Below are positions 8,284 to 16,969 of a stretch of 64,000 nucleotides of DNA, piece after piece. This stretch comes from an uncultured bacterium. Lineage in GTDB: Bacteria > Patescibacteriota > Minisyncoccia > Phycocordibacterales > Phycocordibacteraceae. The stretch spans positions 489,363 to 553,362 of the forward strand of contig CAWKPH010000001.1 of NCBI GenBank assembly GCA_963851445.1, given 5' to 3'. Made by a program: the position numbers and the translations under genes. Below the pieces are notes generated by a model. The model searched no databases. It saw nothing but the letters and a program-made list of their open reading frames with translations, and was not told the DNA's origin. Each line of letters begins with the position of its first letter. The first letter of the stretch is position 1.

Positions 8284-9417
8284 ATGAAACTAAGCCAAGC
8301 TATAGAAGAATTTAAAAATTGGAGAGGATTCAAAGTAACGGGTCACACAGTGGTCCGTTACGATAGCGCCCTCCGAATTTTCTGCCTTGTCATGGGCGAT
8401 CCTGAGATCGACCAAATTCAAATCAATCATATTCTCCATTACCTTAAGGAAATGGAGCGACTCGGCTGGAAGCGCAACGGCATAAACATCGTCGCCCTCG
8501 CATTGAGAAAGTTTTTTGAATATTACAATCTGCGAGGTTACAACTGCATCAACGAGTCGCTCATCCCGCTTCCTAAAAAGGAATTTAATATACCGCGTGT
8601 TGCGAACGAGGCAGACTTCAAGAAACTCGTGAAGGCAATTCCACGAGACGACAATCCAAACAATATTCGAAACCTCGCGCTCATACACATGGTCTGGGAC
8701 ACTTGGGCGCGCAGCGGCGAAATAATCTCGCTCAATGTCGACGACCTAAAATTCAACAAGGACGGATCGGGCTCGCGATCATCAAGACAGAGAAGTCGAG
8801 CGGTCGTCGTCCAATCCGAGAAATATTCTGGACTGCCCACACCGGCAAGTACCTCAAGGCGTGGCTCAAGAAAAAAGCAGGAGATTCAGGAAAAGATGGT
8901 CTTCGAGGACACCGGCGCAGTCTTTACATCGATCAGAAAATGCGGACCGTATGACGTCCGTGGCAAACGAATGACGGGCCGAGGAGTCTGCGAGGTTTTC
9001 AGAATGATATCAAATCGAGCGGGTTTGCCGTCGATATTCAATGCACACTCCGCACGCCACTACGGCGGCCGCAAGATCATCAAAGAGGGTGGTGCAAGCG
9101 CAGACGTGACCAACATTCTCGGACACTCGAACCTCGAGAGCTCGCAATTTTATACTATGATGTGGGGCAACGACCTCAAGGAGCGATGGCAGCTCTTCCA
9201 GAACAGCTATAATCCGCGGCAAGATAAGAGCCGGCTGAACCGTAATCTCAAGAGCATCACTCACGTCGACAAATTGGACAATGCCAAGGAGCTCGTCGAG
9301 TCATTTATCGAATATATGCAGAAAGGAAACGTGCCGGTAAATCCTCAATTCATAAATGCACCAAAAAGAGCACCAGCTGTCCGGACCGCGGGCGGTGGGC
9401 AATACTCAAAGTTTTAA
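8284..9417 (+). CDS. Tyrosine recombinase / phage-type integrase (XerC/XerD-like), with a probable compensated frameshift pair inside
   Basis: N-terminal SAM-like domain; box I 'WARSGEIISLNVDDL'; C-terminal 'HSARHYGG...LGHSNLESSQFYT' (H-x-x-R ... catalytic Y). Between ~8765 and ~8880 the integrase-like peptide 'GLAIIKTEKSSGRRPIREIFWTAHTGKYLKAWLKKK' is in a different frame (ORF 8703..8954). The main frame there reads S/R-rich text but stays open. ATG at 8284; the ORF track uses GTG at 8263. Confidence 0.8.
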   Translation: MKLSQAIEEFKNWRGFKVTGHTVVRYDSALRIFCLVMGDPEIDQIQINHILHYLKEMERLGWKRNGINIVALALRKFFEYYNLRGYNCINESLIPLPKKEFNIPRVANEADFKKLVKAIPRDDNPNNIRNLALIHMVWDTWARSGEIISLNVDDLKFNKDGSGSRSSRQRSRAVVVQSEKYSGLPTPASTSRRGSRKKQEIQEKMVFEDTGAVFTSIRKCGPYDVRGKRMTGRGVCEVFRMISNRAGLPSIFNAHSARHYGGRKIIKEGGASADVTNILGHSNLESSQFYTMMWGNDLKERWQLFQNSYNPRQDKSRLNRNLKSITHVDKLDNAKELVESFIEYMQKGNVPVNPQFINAPKRAPAVRTAGGGQYSKF

Positions 9418-9460
9418 TCCCTCTTTTCGTTTTTGAAAATCGGAATAGTATTAGCAGTCT

Positions 9461-9700
9461 ATGGCCAATAAGCCCCGTCAAAAAAGAAATGAGGAGATCG
9501 TCCGACTGCATGACCGCGATCCGATCCGCTATTCCTTTGCAAATTTAGCAAGACGATTCAAGAATAAGCGAACAGGGAAGCCTCTCACCCGATCGACGAT
9601 CCATGAGATTTATACCCGGGAAAAGGCAAGATCGGGGGACGAAAAAGCCCAGTCTTCAGGCCTTATAAAGAGCAAATATCCAAGCCTAATTACTTATTAA
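9461..9700 (+). CDS. Small basic putative HTH DNA-binding protein (possible excisionase/regulator) downstream of integrase
   Basis: 79-aa ORF with 'IRYSFANLARRF...GKPLTRSTIHEIY', an HTH-like segment. Sits immediately downstream of the integrase. Weak evidence. Confidence 0.3.
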   Translation: MANKPRQKRNEEIVRLHDRDPIRYSFANLARRFKNKRTGKPLTRSTIHEIYTREKARSGDEKAQSSGLIKSKYPSLITY

Positions 9701-10000
9701 CAGGGCCGTTTTTTCGGCTTGCTATGTGTCAGGAGTTCGAGTAAAATTGCTGTGTAAGTCCTTTGACAACTACACACTTCGCTCGCCTGCTGAGCTTCTG
9801 AAGCCGTTTCTCGGAATTTTAGCAGGTGAGCGAGCGGAGTTTTTTCTCCCGAAAAGTGATACAATTAGCCCATGAAAAAGTCGAAAACGTTGACGTGGTA
9901 CAGTAATGAAATGGGGTACACTGGCACCCTTGTGCGACATGTTATTGCGGCAGGCCCCACGCCCTAGCCCAGAAGGGATTTTTAAAGAGCTAAATGCTAT

Positions 10001-10489
10001 ATGGAAACAAATGTTTTTATTGCTTCCGATCATGCAGGTTTTGATCTTAAGGGTGCGCTCATACCTTATATAGGTGAACTTGGCCATACGGTTAAGGATC
10101 TAGGACCATACAAGCTCGATCCGGAAGACGATTACCCTGATTTTGTAGTGCCCTGTGCACGACTTGTTGCTGCTACTCCAGGAAGTTTCGGCATCATTAT
10201 TGGTGGATCGGGCCAGGGTGAAGCCATGGCGGCAAACCGTATCGCTGATGCTCGTGCCGCGGTGTTTTATGGACCAGCTCATGCGCTCGGTAGCGTTGAC
10301 GTAGAAGGGGACAAATCCACTGATGATTTCGAGATAGTTCGCCTCGTGCGTAAGCACAATGATGCCAATATTCTTTCATTCGGGAGTCGGTTTATATCAC
10401 TAGAGCAAGCCAAAAAGGCCGTAAATCTCTTTCTTGAGACTCCGTTTTCTCACGAAGAACGGCATGAGCGAAGAGTTTCTGAATTTTAA
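10001..10489 (+). CDS. rpiB: Ribose-5-phosphate isomerase B (RpiB/LacAB family)
   Basis: 'IASDHAGFDLKGALIPYIGELGHTVKDLG...DYPDFVVPCARLV...GIIIGGSGQGEAMAANRIADARAAV' matches the RpiB consensus. Confidence 0.85.
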   Translation: METNVFIASDHAGFDLKGALIPYIGELGHTVKDLGPYKLDPEDDYPDFVVPCARLVAATPGSFGIIIGGSGQGEAMAANRIADARAAVFYGPAHALGSVDVEGDKSTDDFEIVRLVRKHNDANILSFGSRFISLEQAKKAVNLFLETPFSHEERHERRVSEF

Positions 10490-10568
10490 AATCCGTGTGG
10501 AGATTCAGGGGTTATGCAAATCGAGTGAGATATACTTCACATATGGATGGCAGAAGAATTTTTAAGAA

Positions 10569-11207
10569 ATGAAAGAATTCCTGTCCCAGATTCGATTTAA
10601 AAGATCTATGCATAAACCGACTCGAGGATTTACTCTGATAGAACTTCTCGTAGTAATTGCTATCATTGGCATTCTTTCAGCGGTCATCCTTGCTGCACTT
10701 AATATCGCGCGACTGAAAGCCTACGACGCGCAGCGCCTTTCGGATCTGCGCACTGTTCAGAATGCTCTCGAACTGTATGCGAATGATCACGCTGGAAGCT
10801 ATCCCACAACAGGTAGCGTACCACCTAATTTTAATGTCTGGTATTCCGCCTGTAATACTAGTTCTACAGATGGTCTCACGAATAAACCGCCGACTACATA
10901 TATCCCAAACCTTGTTTCAGGCGGGTATATCAGCACACTACCGCTCGATCCCCAAATGAATGCTAGTGCCGATACCTGCTGCTATGCTTATGCATCAAAC
11001 GGAACCGACTATAAATTCATGACAGGCTTTAATTGTGCAACGGCGAATAACAATTTCAATAACCCCAATCCTGTAGGAAGTGAAACACATTCTCTACTCG
11101 ACCCAGCCCTAGACGGGGGGTCTGACCCCTCAATTGTCGACAGTACAGGCGGTCAGCTTCCAGGTGCTGCATGGGCAGTATACAGCCCGGGTGCTGCAAG
11201 TTGGTAG
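10569..11207 (+). CDS. Type IV pilin / pseudopilin-like protein (prepilin-type N-terminal cleavage/methylation domain)
   Basis: Class III signal 'TRGFTLIELLVVIAIIGILSAVILAAL' (G|FTLIE processing site). Confidence 0.8.
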   Translation: MKEFLSQIRFKRSMHKPTRGFTLIELLVVIAIIGILSAVILAALNIARLKAYDAQRLSDLRTVQNALELYANDHAGSYPTTGSVPPNFNVWYSACNTSSTDGLTNKPPTTYIPNLVSGGYISTLPLDPQMNASADTCCYAYASNGTDYKFMTGFNCATANNNFNNPNPVGSETHSLLDPALDGGSDPSIVDSTGGQLPGAAWAVYSPGAASW

Positions 11208-11263
11208 GATTTTTATACACTTGGCAAGCATATGTGGGAGAGTCAGGGGCTATACTTATAGGA

Positions 11264-11983
11264 ATGGGTGTCATCATTCCTGCCATACTTCCAACGTCGT
11301 ATGAGGATTTGAAGCGTAAGCTCGCTGCGCTAGAGGGTATTGTTGACTCAGTGCAAATCGACATTGTTGATGGCCGATTCGTTGGCCCCTCTTCGTGGCC
11401 ATATACAGACCCCGCAGCATTCGCTGCACTGTCGCTTGAAGGAGCCATATTGCCATATCTCGGTGAGATGCATTTTGAAATGGATCTCATGGTTTCTGAT
11501 CCTGAACAGGTGACGGGAATTTGGATTGACGCCGGCGCCGATCGCATCACGCTCCATGTCGAAAGCACAAATTACCTGCCGCGCGCCATTACCGACCTCG
11601 AAGTGAAATACGGTCATGCCAAAGATTTCGCTTCGAACTTATTGTCGCTTGGTCTGGCGATCAATATTCAGAGTGATCTTGCGCTCATTGAACCATACAT
11701 AAATTCTGCAGACTATGTTCAATTTATGGGTATCGACACCATCGGGAAACAGGGCGAACCATTTGACGCTAGGGTGTTACAAAAAATTAGAACATTCAAA
11801 GAGAAATATCCTAAAATGCCTCTACAAGTAGATGGCGGCGTATCATTCGAAACGGCTCCTAGACTTCTGGCTGCAGGCGTACAAAGACTCATTGTCGGTT
11901 CAGCATTTTGGGAATCATCAAATCTAGCAGAGACGTTCAAGAAAATGTCGGCGCTCGCCGAAGAATACGGCACGTACACATAG
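11264..11983 (+). CDS. rpe: Ribulose-phosphate 3-epimerase
   Basis: 'IIPAILPTSYEDL...VQIDIVDGRFV...MHFEMDLMVSDPE...GADRITLHVE...MGIDTIGKQGEPFD...QVDGGVSFETAPRLLAAGVQRLIVGSAF' follows the Rpe TIM-barrel consensus. Start at 'MGVIIP'; the ORF-track start at 11171 overlaps the pilin gene. Confidence 0.8.
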   Translation: MGVIIPAILPTSYEDLKRKLAALEGIVDSVQIDIVDGRFVGPSSWPYTDPAAFAALSLEGAILPYLGEMHFEMDLMVSDPEQVTGIWIDAGADRITLHVESTNYLPRAITDLEVKYGHAKDFASNLLSLGLAINIQSDLALIEPYINSADYVQFMGIDTIGKQGEPFDARVLQKIRTFKEKYPKMPLQVDGGVSFETAPRLLAAGVQRLIVGSAFWESSNLAETFKKMSALAEEYGTYT

Positions 11984-12006
11984 ATTCGCGTGGTATTCTG
12001 TGAGTA

Positions 12007-12909
12007 ATGGCTCTCACAGATAAGGAAGTAGCCTCTCTCGAGAAAAGAGCGGAGCAGATTCGCGAGACAATTATCCAAATGCTCACGACTGCAAAAAGTG
12101 GTCACACGGCAGGACCGCTAGGCATGGCCGACATCTTCGCGGCATTTTATTTTCATATACTAAAGCACGATCCAAAAAATCCTGATTGGATGGATCGTGA
12201 TCGCCTTATACTTTCAAATGGTCATATCGTACCCGTGCAATATGCCGCCATGGCGCACGCGGGATACTTTCCTCTTGAAGAATGTATGACGCTGCGCAAA
12301 TTCGGATCACGGCTTCAGGGTCACCCTGAGCGTGTTCGTTTGCCGGGGCTTGAGACAACCTCAGGCCCGCTTGGTGAAGGGCTTTCGCAGGGAGCAGGAA
12401 TGGCATACGCATTTGCAATGGACAAGAAAAAACCCTCATCAGAGAGCGGCAGACGCCTATACGTTGTGATGGGGGACGGTGAACAGGACGAAGGCGAAGT
12501 ATGGGAGGCTGTTATGTGGGTAGGAAAGAACAAGCTGCATAATATAACTGCAGTTATCGACCGCAATAATATACAGATTGACGGTATGACCGAGGATGTC
12601 ATGCCGCTCGATTCACTTCGCGCGAAGTACGAAGCCTTTAATTGGCATGTGCTTGAGGTTGATGGCCACAATATTCGACAATTTATAGAAGCAGTTGATG
12701 AAGCAAAAGCAATATACGAAAAACCAACCGTAATTATTGCGCACACGATTCCAGGGAAGGGTGTCCCAGAAATTGAATTCGACTATCGTTGGCACGGGGT
12801 AGTTCCTGGCGGTGGTCCTGACGACAAAGTTTCCAAAGATCAGCAAGAGCGAGTATTTTTGAAGGATTTGCGAACTCTGAATGGCAAAGTGCCGCACGAA
12901 TATGCGTGA
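12007..12909 (+). CDS. tkt: Transketolase, N-terminal (TPP-binding) subunit
   Basis: 'GHTAGPLGMADIFAAFYF...DRDRLILSNGH...GPLGEGLSQGAGMA...VVMGDGEQDEGEVWEA' are transketolase N-terminal motifs. The separate C-terminal subunit follows 12 nt later. Confidence 0.85.
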   Translation: MALTDKEVASLEKRAEQIRETIIQMLTTAKSGHTAGPLGMADIFAAFYFHILKHDPKNPDWMDRDRLILSNGHIVPVQYAAMAHAGYFPLEECMTLRKFGSRLQGHPERVRLPGLETTSGPLGEGLSQGAGMAYAFAMDKKKPSSESGRRLYVVMGDGEQDEGEVWEAVMWVGKNKLHNITAVIDRNNIQIDGMTEDVMPLDSLRAKYEAFNWHVLEVDGHNIRQFIEAVDEAKAIYEKPTVIIAHTIPGKGVPEIEFDYRWHGVVPGGGPDDKVSKDQQERVFLKDLRTLNGKVPHEYA

Positions 12910-12921
12910 TATAGAAATACT

Positions 12922-13908
12922 ATGATTAGTGTAGCTGCAAAACTTGCCTCGAATATATTCGATTCGAAAATCGAGAAGAGACCGACGCGAGATGGATTTG
13001 GTAATGGTACGGTTGAAGCAGGAACGGACGACGAGAATGTCGTGGTGCTCTGTGCAGATCTCGCTGAATCAACGCGTGCGGAGTGGTTTCAGCGGAAATT
13101 CCCGAACCGATTTATCGAGGTCGGAATCGCTGAACAAAATATGGCTGCACTTGGTGCTGGTTTTGCTGCTGCAGGCAAAATTCCCTTCATCGCCTCCTAC
13201 GCTGCTTTCTCTCCTGGCAGAAATTACGAACAAATTCGTACAACGATCGCGCTTAATCAAAAACATGTGGTCATCTGCGGTATGCATGCGGGGGTATCGG
13301 TGGGTCCAGATGGTGGAACGCACCAGATGCTCGAGGATCTCGGACTCATGCGCATGCTCCCTCATATGACAGTATTAAATCCAGGAGACGCCGAGGAAGC
13401 CCGAAAGGCAGTCATTGCTGCAGCGAAAGAAAAAAAGGATGCACCTATATATATACGCTTCGGACGTTCCGCAACACCTGTATTTACAAGCCCCGAGACC
13501 CCGTTTGAAATCGGGCACGCACTTTCTTTGTGGGAATCAGCGCAGCCGAAGGTAACACTCATGGCAACCGGAAACATGTCATACCAAGCTCTTGTTGCAG
13601 CCCGTGCGCTCGACGCTGAAGGCATCGGTTCAATCGTCTTGCATGTTCCGACTGTAAAACCACTTGATGCTCATGCAGTTGTTCTTGCGGCACGTCGCTC
13701 GGGTCGCGTCATTACCATTGAAGAACATCAAGTAGCAGGTGGTTTTGGCAGTGCAGTTGCAGAACTTCTATCGCAGGAACACCCGGTACCAATAAAGCGT
13801 ATAGGTGTCCAGAATGCATTTGGACAATCAGGAGATCCTGATGAATTGCTCGAGCATTACGGCCTGAGTGCAGTACACATTCAAGAGGCGGCACGCGCCA
13901 TGGTCTGA
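12922..13908 (+). CDS. tkt: Transketolase, C-terminal (pyrimidine-binding) subunit
   Basis: 'RDGFGNGTVEAG...FIEVGIAEQNMAALGAGFAAAGKIPF...' matches the transketolase pyrimidine-binding/C-terminal domains. Confidence 0.85.
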   Translation: MISVAAKLASNIFDSKIEKRPTRDGFGNGTVEAGTDDENVVVLCADLAESTRAEWFQRKFPNRFIEVGIAEQNMAALGAGFAAAGKIPFIASYAAFSPGRNYEQIRTTIALNQKHVVICGMHAGVSVGPDGGTHQMLEDLGLMRMLPHMTVLNPGDAEEARKAVIAAAKEKKDAPIYIRFGRSATPVFTSPETPFEIGHALSLWESAQPKVTLMATGNMSYQALVAARALDAEGIGSIVLHVPTVKPLDAHAVVLAARRSGRVITIEEHQVAGGFGSAVAELLSQEHPVPIKRIGVQNAFGQSGDPDELLEHYGLSAVHIQEAARAMV

Positions 13909-13933
13909 CTATGAATTGGATGACCTAGAACGT

Positions 13934-14149
13934 ATGTGGAATATCACCATCAACTCCTACGCAGCACTCTTCCTGATTGCCATTGTGGGATCAGCAGCAA
14001 CGGCGCTTATCGTATATACAGCAAATCAGGCATACAGCGACGGAAATAGTTATTCAGCATCCCTGAACTCTGCCTATAATGGAACTCCAAGTGTAGCGAG
14101 CACGCACATCATTCGTTCCGGTATTTCTCACACTGGAGTACCTAATTAG
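13934..14149 (+). CDS. Small hypothetical membrane protein (72 aa)
   Basis: Internal ATG of ORF 13868..14149 chosen so it does not overlap tkt; single TM 'AALFLIAIVGSAATALIVY'. Weak evidence. Confidence 0.25.
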   Translation: MWNITINSYAALFLIAIVGSAATALIVYTANQAYSDGNSYSASLNSAYNGTPSVASTHIIRSGISHTGVPN

Positions 14150-15174
14150 AATGGCGTCACACGATAGGATTCAGGTGCATCAGCAAGATACTTTTCAAGA
14201 GCATCACGAGAGAGAAGACCTTTCTGTGCCCCCACTTGTTGTACGACCGACATAGAGTTAATAGGTCCCCAGAGAAGAGCTTCTTCAAGGGGGCGCCCTA
14301 GCGCAAGTGCGCTCGTAATTGCAGACGCGAAAGCATCTCCCGCGCCTGTTCTTTCGTAGGGCGGTTCCTGGTCGGGGTACATAGGTATGAAAAACATTTG
14401 CGTACCATCATAGAAATACGCACCCTTGGTACCATCAGTTATAAGTACAATTTTTGGACCTAAATCGTGCATACTCTTTAAAAGAGCTTTCAATTCCTGT
14501 CCGGGTTCAAGTTTCAAGATTCGCTCAGCCTCTTCTTTATTTACAACAAAAAGCTCCGAACGCTCGTATAAACCCTTAAGCGCATCGACACCCATATTTA
14601 TTTGAAAAGTTCCCGGTTGAAAGGCGAGTTTGGTATCAGGATGTTGTTTTAGAAGCTCAGTAAGTGCCTGGTGATAGGGGAGTGAATGCTCAGCTAATGA
14701 GGAAAGGTAGATCCATTTTGGGCTTGTCGTGAGCTCTGGCACCTGGTAGGTATAGTCTTCATGCTTCACGAGGATCGTTCGATCGGTTCCGAACCAAAGG
14801 ACATAGTGATAGTTAGTTTTTTTACCTGGCTCTTCCACCATATATGAGGTATCGACTTTTTCTTTTGTAAGAACGTCTAGACAACCTTTCGCGTAGGTAT
14901 CCTCACCTAGGTACGCGTGTAAAGCAGACTTGAGGCCGAGCCGAGCTGCAGATACCGCAGCATTCGAGGCATTTCCAACTGCTGCAAGAAGTTCTGAGGA
15001 TTCATAAGGAATTTTGTCGCCGTAGCGCATACAGAGCTCACAACCCTCCTCCTTATGTAAGTCGCAACGTACCTCGGCATCTTTAAGCTTAATAAAGGGT
15101 TCAGTGACAATGTCACCGATAGCTAAAATATCCAAAGGATCGCTGTGTTGTTCCATATATGTCGAGTTTACCAT
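14146..15174 (-). CDS. PfkB-family carbohydrate kinase (ribokinase-like)
   Basis: N-terminal 'DILAIGDIVTEPFI' and C-terminal 'TGAGDAFASAITSALALG' PfkB signatures. Confidence 0.8.
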   Translation of the reverse strand: MVNSTYMEQHSDPLDILAIGDIVTEPFIKLKDAEVRCDLHKEEGCELCMRYGDKIPYESSELLAAVGNASNAAVSAARLGLKSALHAYLGEDTYAKGCLDVLTKEKVDTSYMVEEPGKKTNYHYVLWFGTDRTILVKHEDYTYQVPELTTSPKWIYLSSLAEHSLPYHQALTELLKQHPDTKLAFQPGTFQINMGVDALKGLYERSELFVVNKEEAERILKLEPGQELKALLKSMHDLGPKIVLITDGTKGAYFYDGTQMFFIPMYPDQEPPYERTGAGDAFASAITSALALGRPLEEALLWGPINSMSVVQQVGAQKGLLSRDALEKYLADAPESYRVTPF

Positions 15175-15212
15175 GTGCAGCAGCCTGGAGTGTTGCGTGG
15201 TAAAATCTTTTT

Positions 15213-16214
15213 ATGGTTGATCTTTTGTTTTCAGCGCGTACGCTCGTCGCTCCGGGCAAGGGCATTCTTGCCGCAGATGAGAGCAATAAATCAGCGGACG
15301 AAAAACGTCTGAAAGCATACGGGATCGCGACCGGTGAAGCGATGCGACGAAGTTTTCGAGAACTCTTTCTCGATACCCCGGGTATAGAGAAATATATTTC
15401 AGGTATCATTCTTTTTTCTGAAACGCTCGATCAGAAAAGCGATAGGGGAGAACCATTTCCAAAATTACTCGAAGATCACGGCATTATGCCGGGTATAAAA
15501 GTTGATGAGGGACTCTCACCGTTTCAGGAGAGTAAGGACGAAACAATTACCGAAGGGCTCATTGGGCTTCCTGAGCGACTCGCAAATTTTCGTGAAAAAT
15601 ACGATACGGGCTTTACAAAATGGCGCGCCGCGATAAAAATCGATGGAGATCGCTTACCAACTGCACAGGCAGTTGTCGAGAACACAAAGCGTCTCGCAAC
15701 ATACGCTTCTGAAGCACAGAAAGCCGGTATGGTCCCACTCCTCGAACCGGAAGTGCTACTCGATGGGAATCATAGTCGTCTTCGCGCACGTGAGGTGATT
15801 GAAAAGGTACTACGTGCTCTCATTGCCGCACTTGAGGATCAGGCAGTTGACTTGAGCGGAGTTATTATCAAAACATCAATGGCACTATCGGGAAGCGATA
15901 GCGGTCACGAGGATACTCCTGAAGAGGTTGCAGAGGATACCCTTGGAGCCCTGCTTGCGGCAGTGCCGCCAATTGTTCCAGGCGTAGTCTTTCTTTCAGG
16001 CGGCCAGACCCCTGACCAGGCAACGGCAAACTTAGCTGCTATTTCTAAACTTGCTCGCCAAAGAAAAGCACCCTGGCCTCTCACTTTTTCATATGCGCGT
16101 GCTCTTCAGGAAGAGGCACTGGCAATTTGGATAGGAAAGCCAGAGAATGTGCCTGCGGCACGCGATGCCTTTCTTGCGCGCCTCAAAAAAGTTTCAGAGG
16201 CTTCGCAGGCGTAG
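15213..16214 (+). CDS. fba: Fructose-bisphosphate aldolase, class I (eukaryote/Glycolytic-type fold)
   Basis: 'GKGILAADESNKSADEKRLKAYGI...RELFLDTPGIEKYISGIILFSETLDQKSD...GIKVDEGL' closely parallels class I (muscle-type) aldolase motifs. Confidence 0.85.
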   Translation: MVDLLFSARTLVAPGKGILAADESNKSADEKRLKAYGIATGEAMRRSFRELFLDTPGIEKYISGIILFSETLDQKSDRGEPFPKLLEDHGIMPGIKVDEGLSPFQESKDETITEGLIGLPERLANFREKYDTGFTKWRAAIKIDGDRLPTAQAVVENTKRLATYASEAQKAGMVPLLEPEVLLDGNHSRLRAREVIEKVLRALIAALEDQAVDLSGVIIKTSMALSGSDSGHEDTPEEVAEDTLGALLAAVPPIVPGVVFLSGGQTPDQATANLAAISKLARQRKAPWPLTFSYARALQEEALAIWIGKPENVPAARDAFLARLKKVSEASQA

Positions 16215-16254
16215 CTTGCACAGCAACGCGTTATAAGGCATACTCGCTCTACAT

Positions 16255-16899
16255 ATGGCCGTACCCCTTTCCGTACAACCACGAACTCAGATCGGGAAAT
16301 CTTCCCTCAAGCTTGCAAAGGATAGCCAGATTCCGGCTGTCGTCTATGGTCCAAAACAGGAGCCTCTTTCGATCTCGCTTTCGCTACTTGAATTCAATCG
16401 TCTTCTACGCGAGGAGGGGGAATCTTCAGTTGTAGAACTCACCGGACTTTCAAAACCGATTCAGGCCCTCATCCATGAAGTCGATCGCGATCCTGTCACC
16501 AGTCAACCACGCCACGCAGATTTTTATGCGATAGAGAAGGGTGCGAAAGTCGAAGTTGCCGTACCGCTTGAATTCATCGGCGAATCAGAAGCGGTGAAAG
16601 CGGGTGCGAACCTCGTGAAGGTTATGCATGAACTGGAGATTGAAGTTGCGCCAGAGAATCTTCCTCATCAAATTGAAGTCGATATTTCAGCGCTTAAAAA
16701 CATTGGCGATCAAATTCATGTACGCGATCTCAAAATCCCACAGGGCGTAACGGTGGTGACTCATGAAGAGGAAGTGGTTGCGCTGATCCAGGAGATCGTT
16801 GAGGAAGTTGAGGAAGTGACAGCATCTCCAGATATGAGTGCCATCGAAGTAGAACAGAAGGGCAAGACCGAGGAAAGTGAAGCTGACGTAAGCGAGTAG
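16255..16899 (+). CDS. rplY: 50S ribosomal protein L25 / general stress protein Ctc
   Basis: N-terminal 'RTQIGKSSLKLAKDSQIPAVVYGPKQEPLSISL' and the acidic C-terminal tail are typical of L25/Ctc. Confidence 0.85.
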   Translation: MAVPLSVQPRTQIGKSSLKLAKDSQIPAVVYGPKQEPLSISLSLLEFNRLLREEGESSVVELTGLSKPIQALIHEVDRDPVTSQPRHADFYAIEKGAKVEVAVPLEFIGESEAVKAGANLVKVMHELEIEVAPENLPHQIEVDISALKNIGDQIHVRDLKIPQGVTVVTHEEEVVALIQEIVEEVEEVTASPDMSAIEVEQKGKTEESEADVSE

Positions 16900-16969
16900 A
16901 AAACTGCTATATAACACAAAAGGGCCCGCTAATCAGGGACCGTTTCTGCTGTGCTATACTGTAGTCTCC

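Noticed and set aside
12007-13908. Transketolase 'split' as another frameshift
   Set aside because: The two ORFs are in separate clean frames with a 12-nt gap, each with its own start, and correspond exactly to the N- and C-terminal subunits known as separate genes in many archaea and bacteria.
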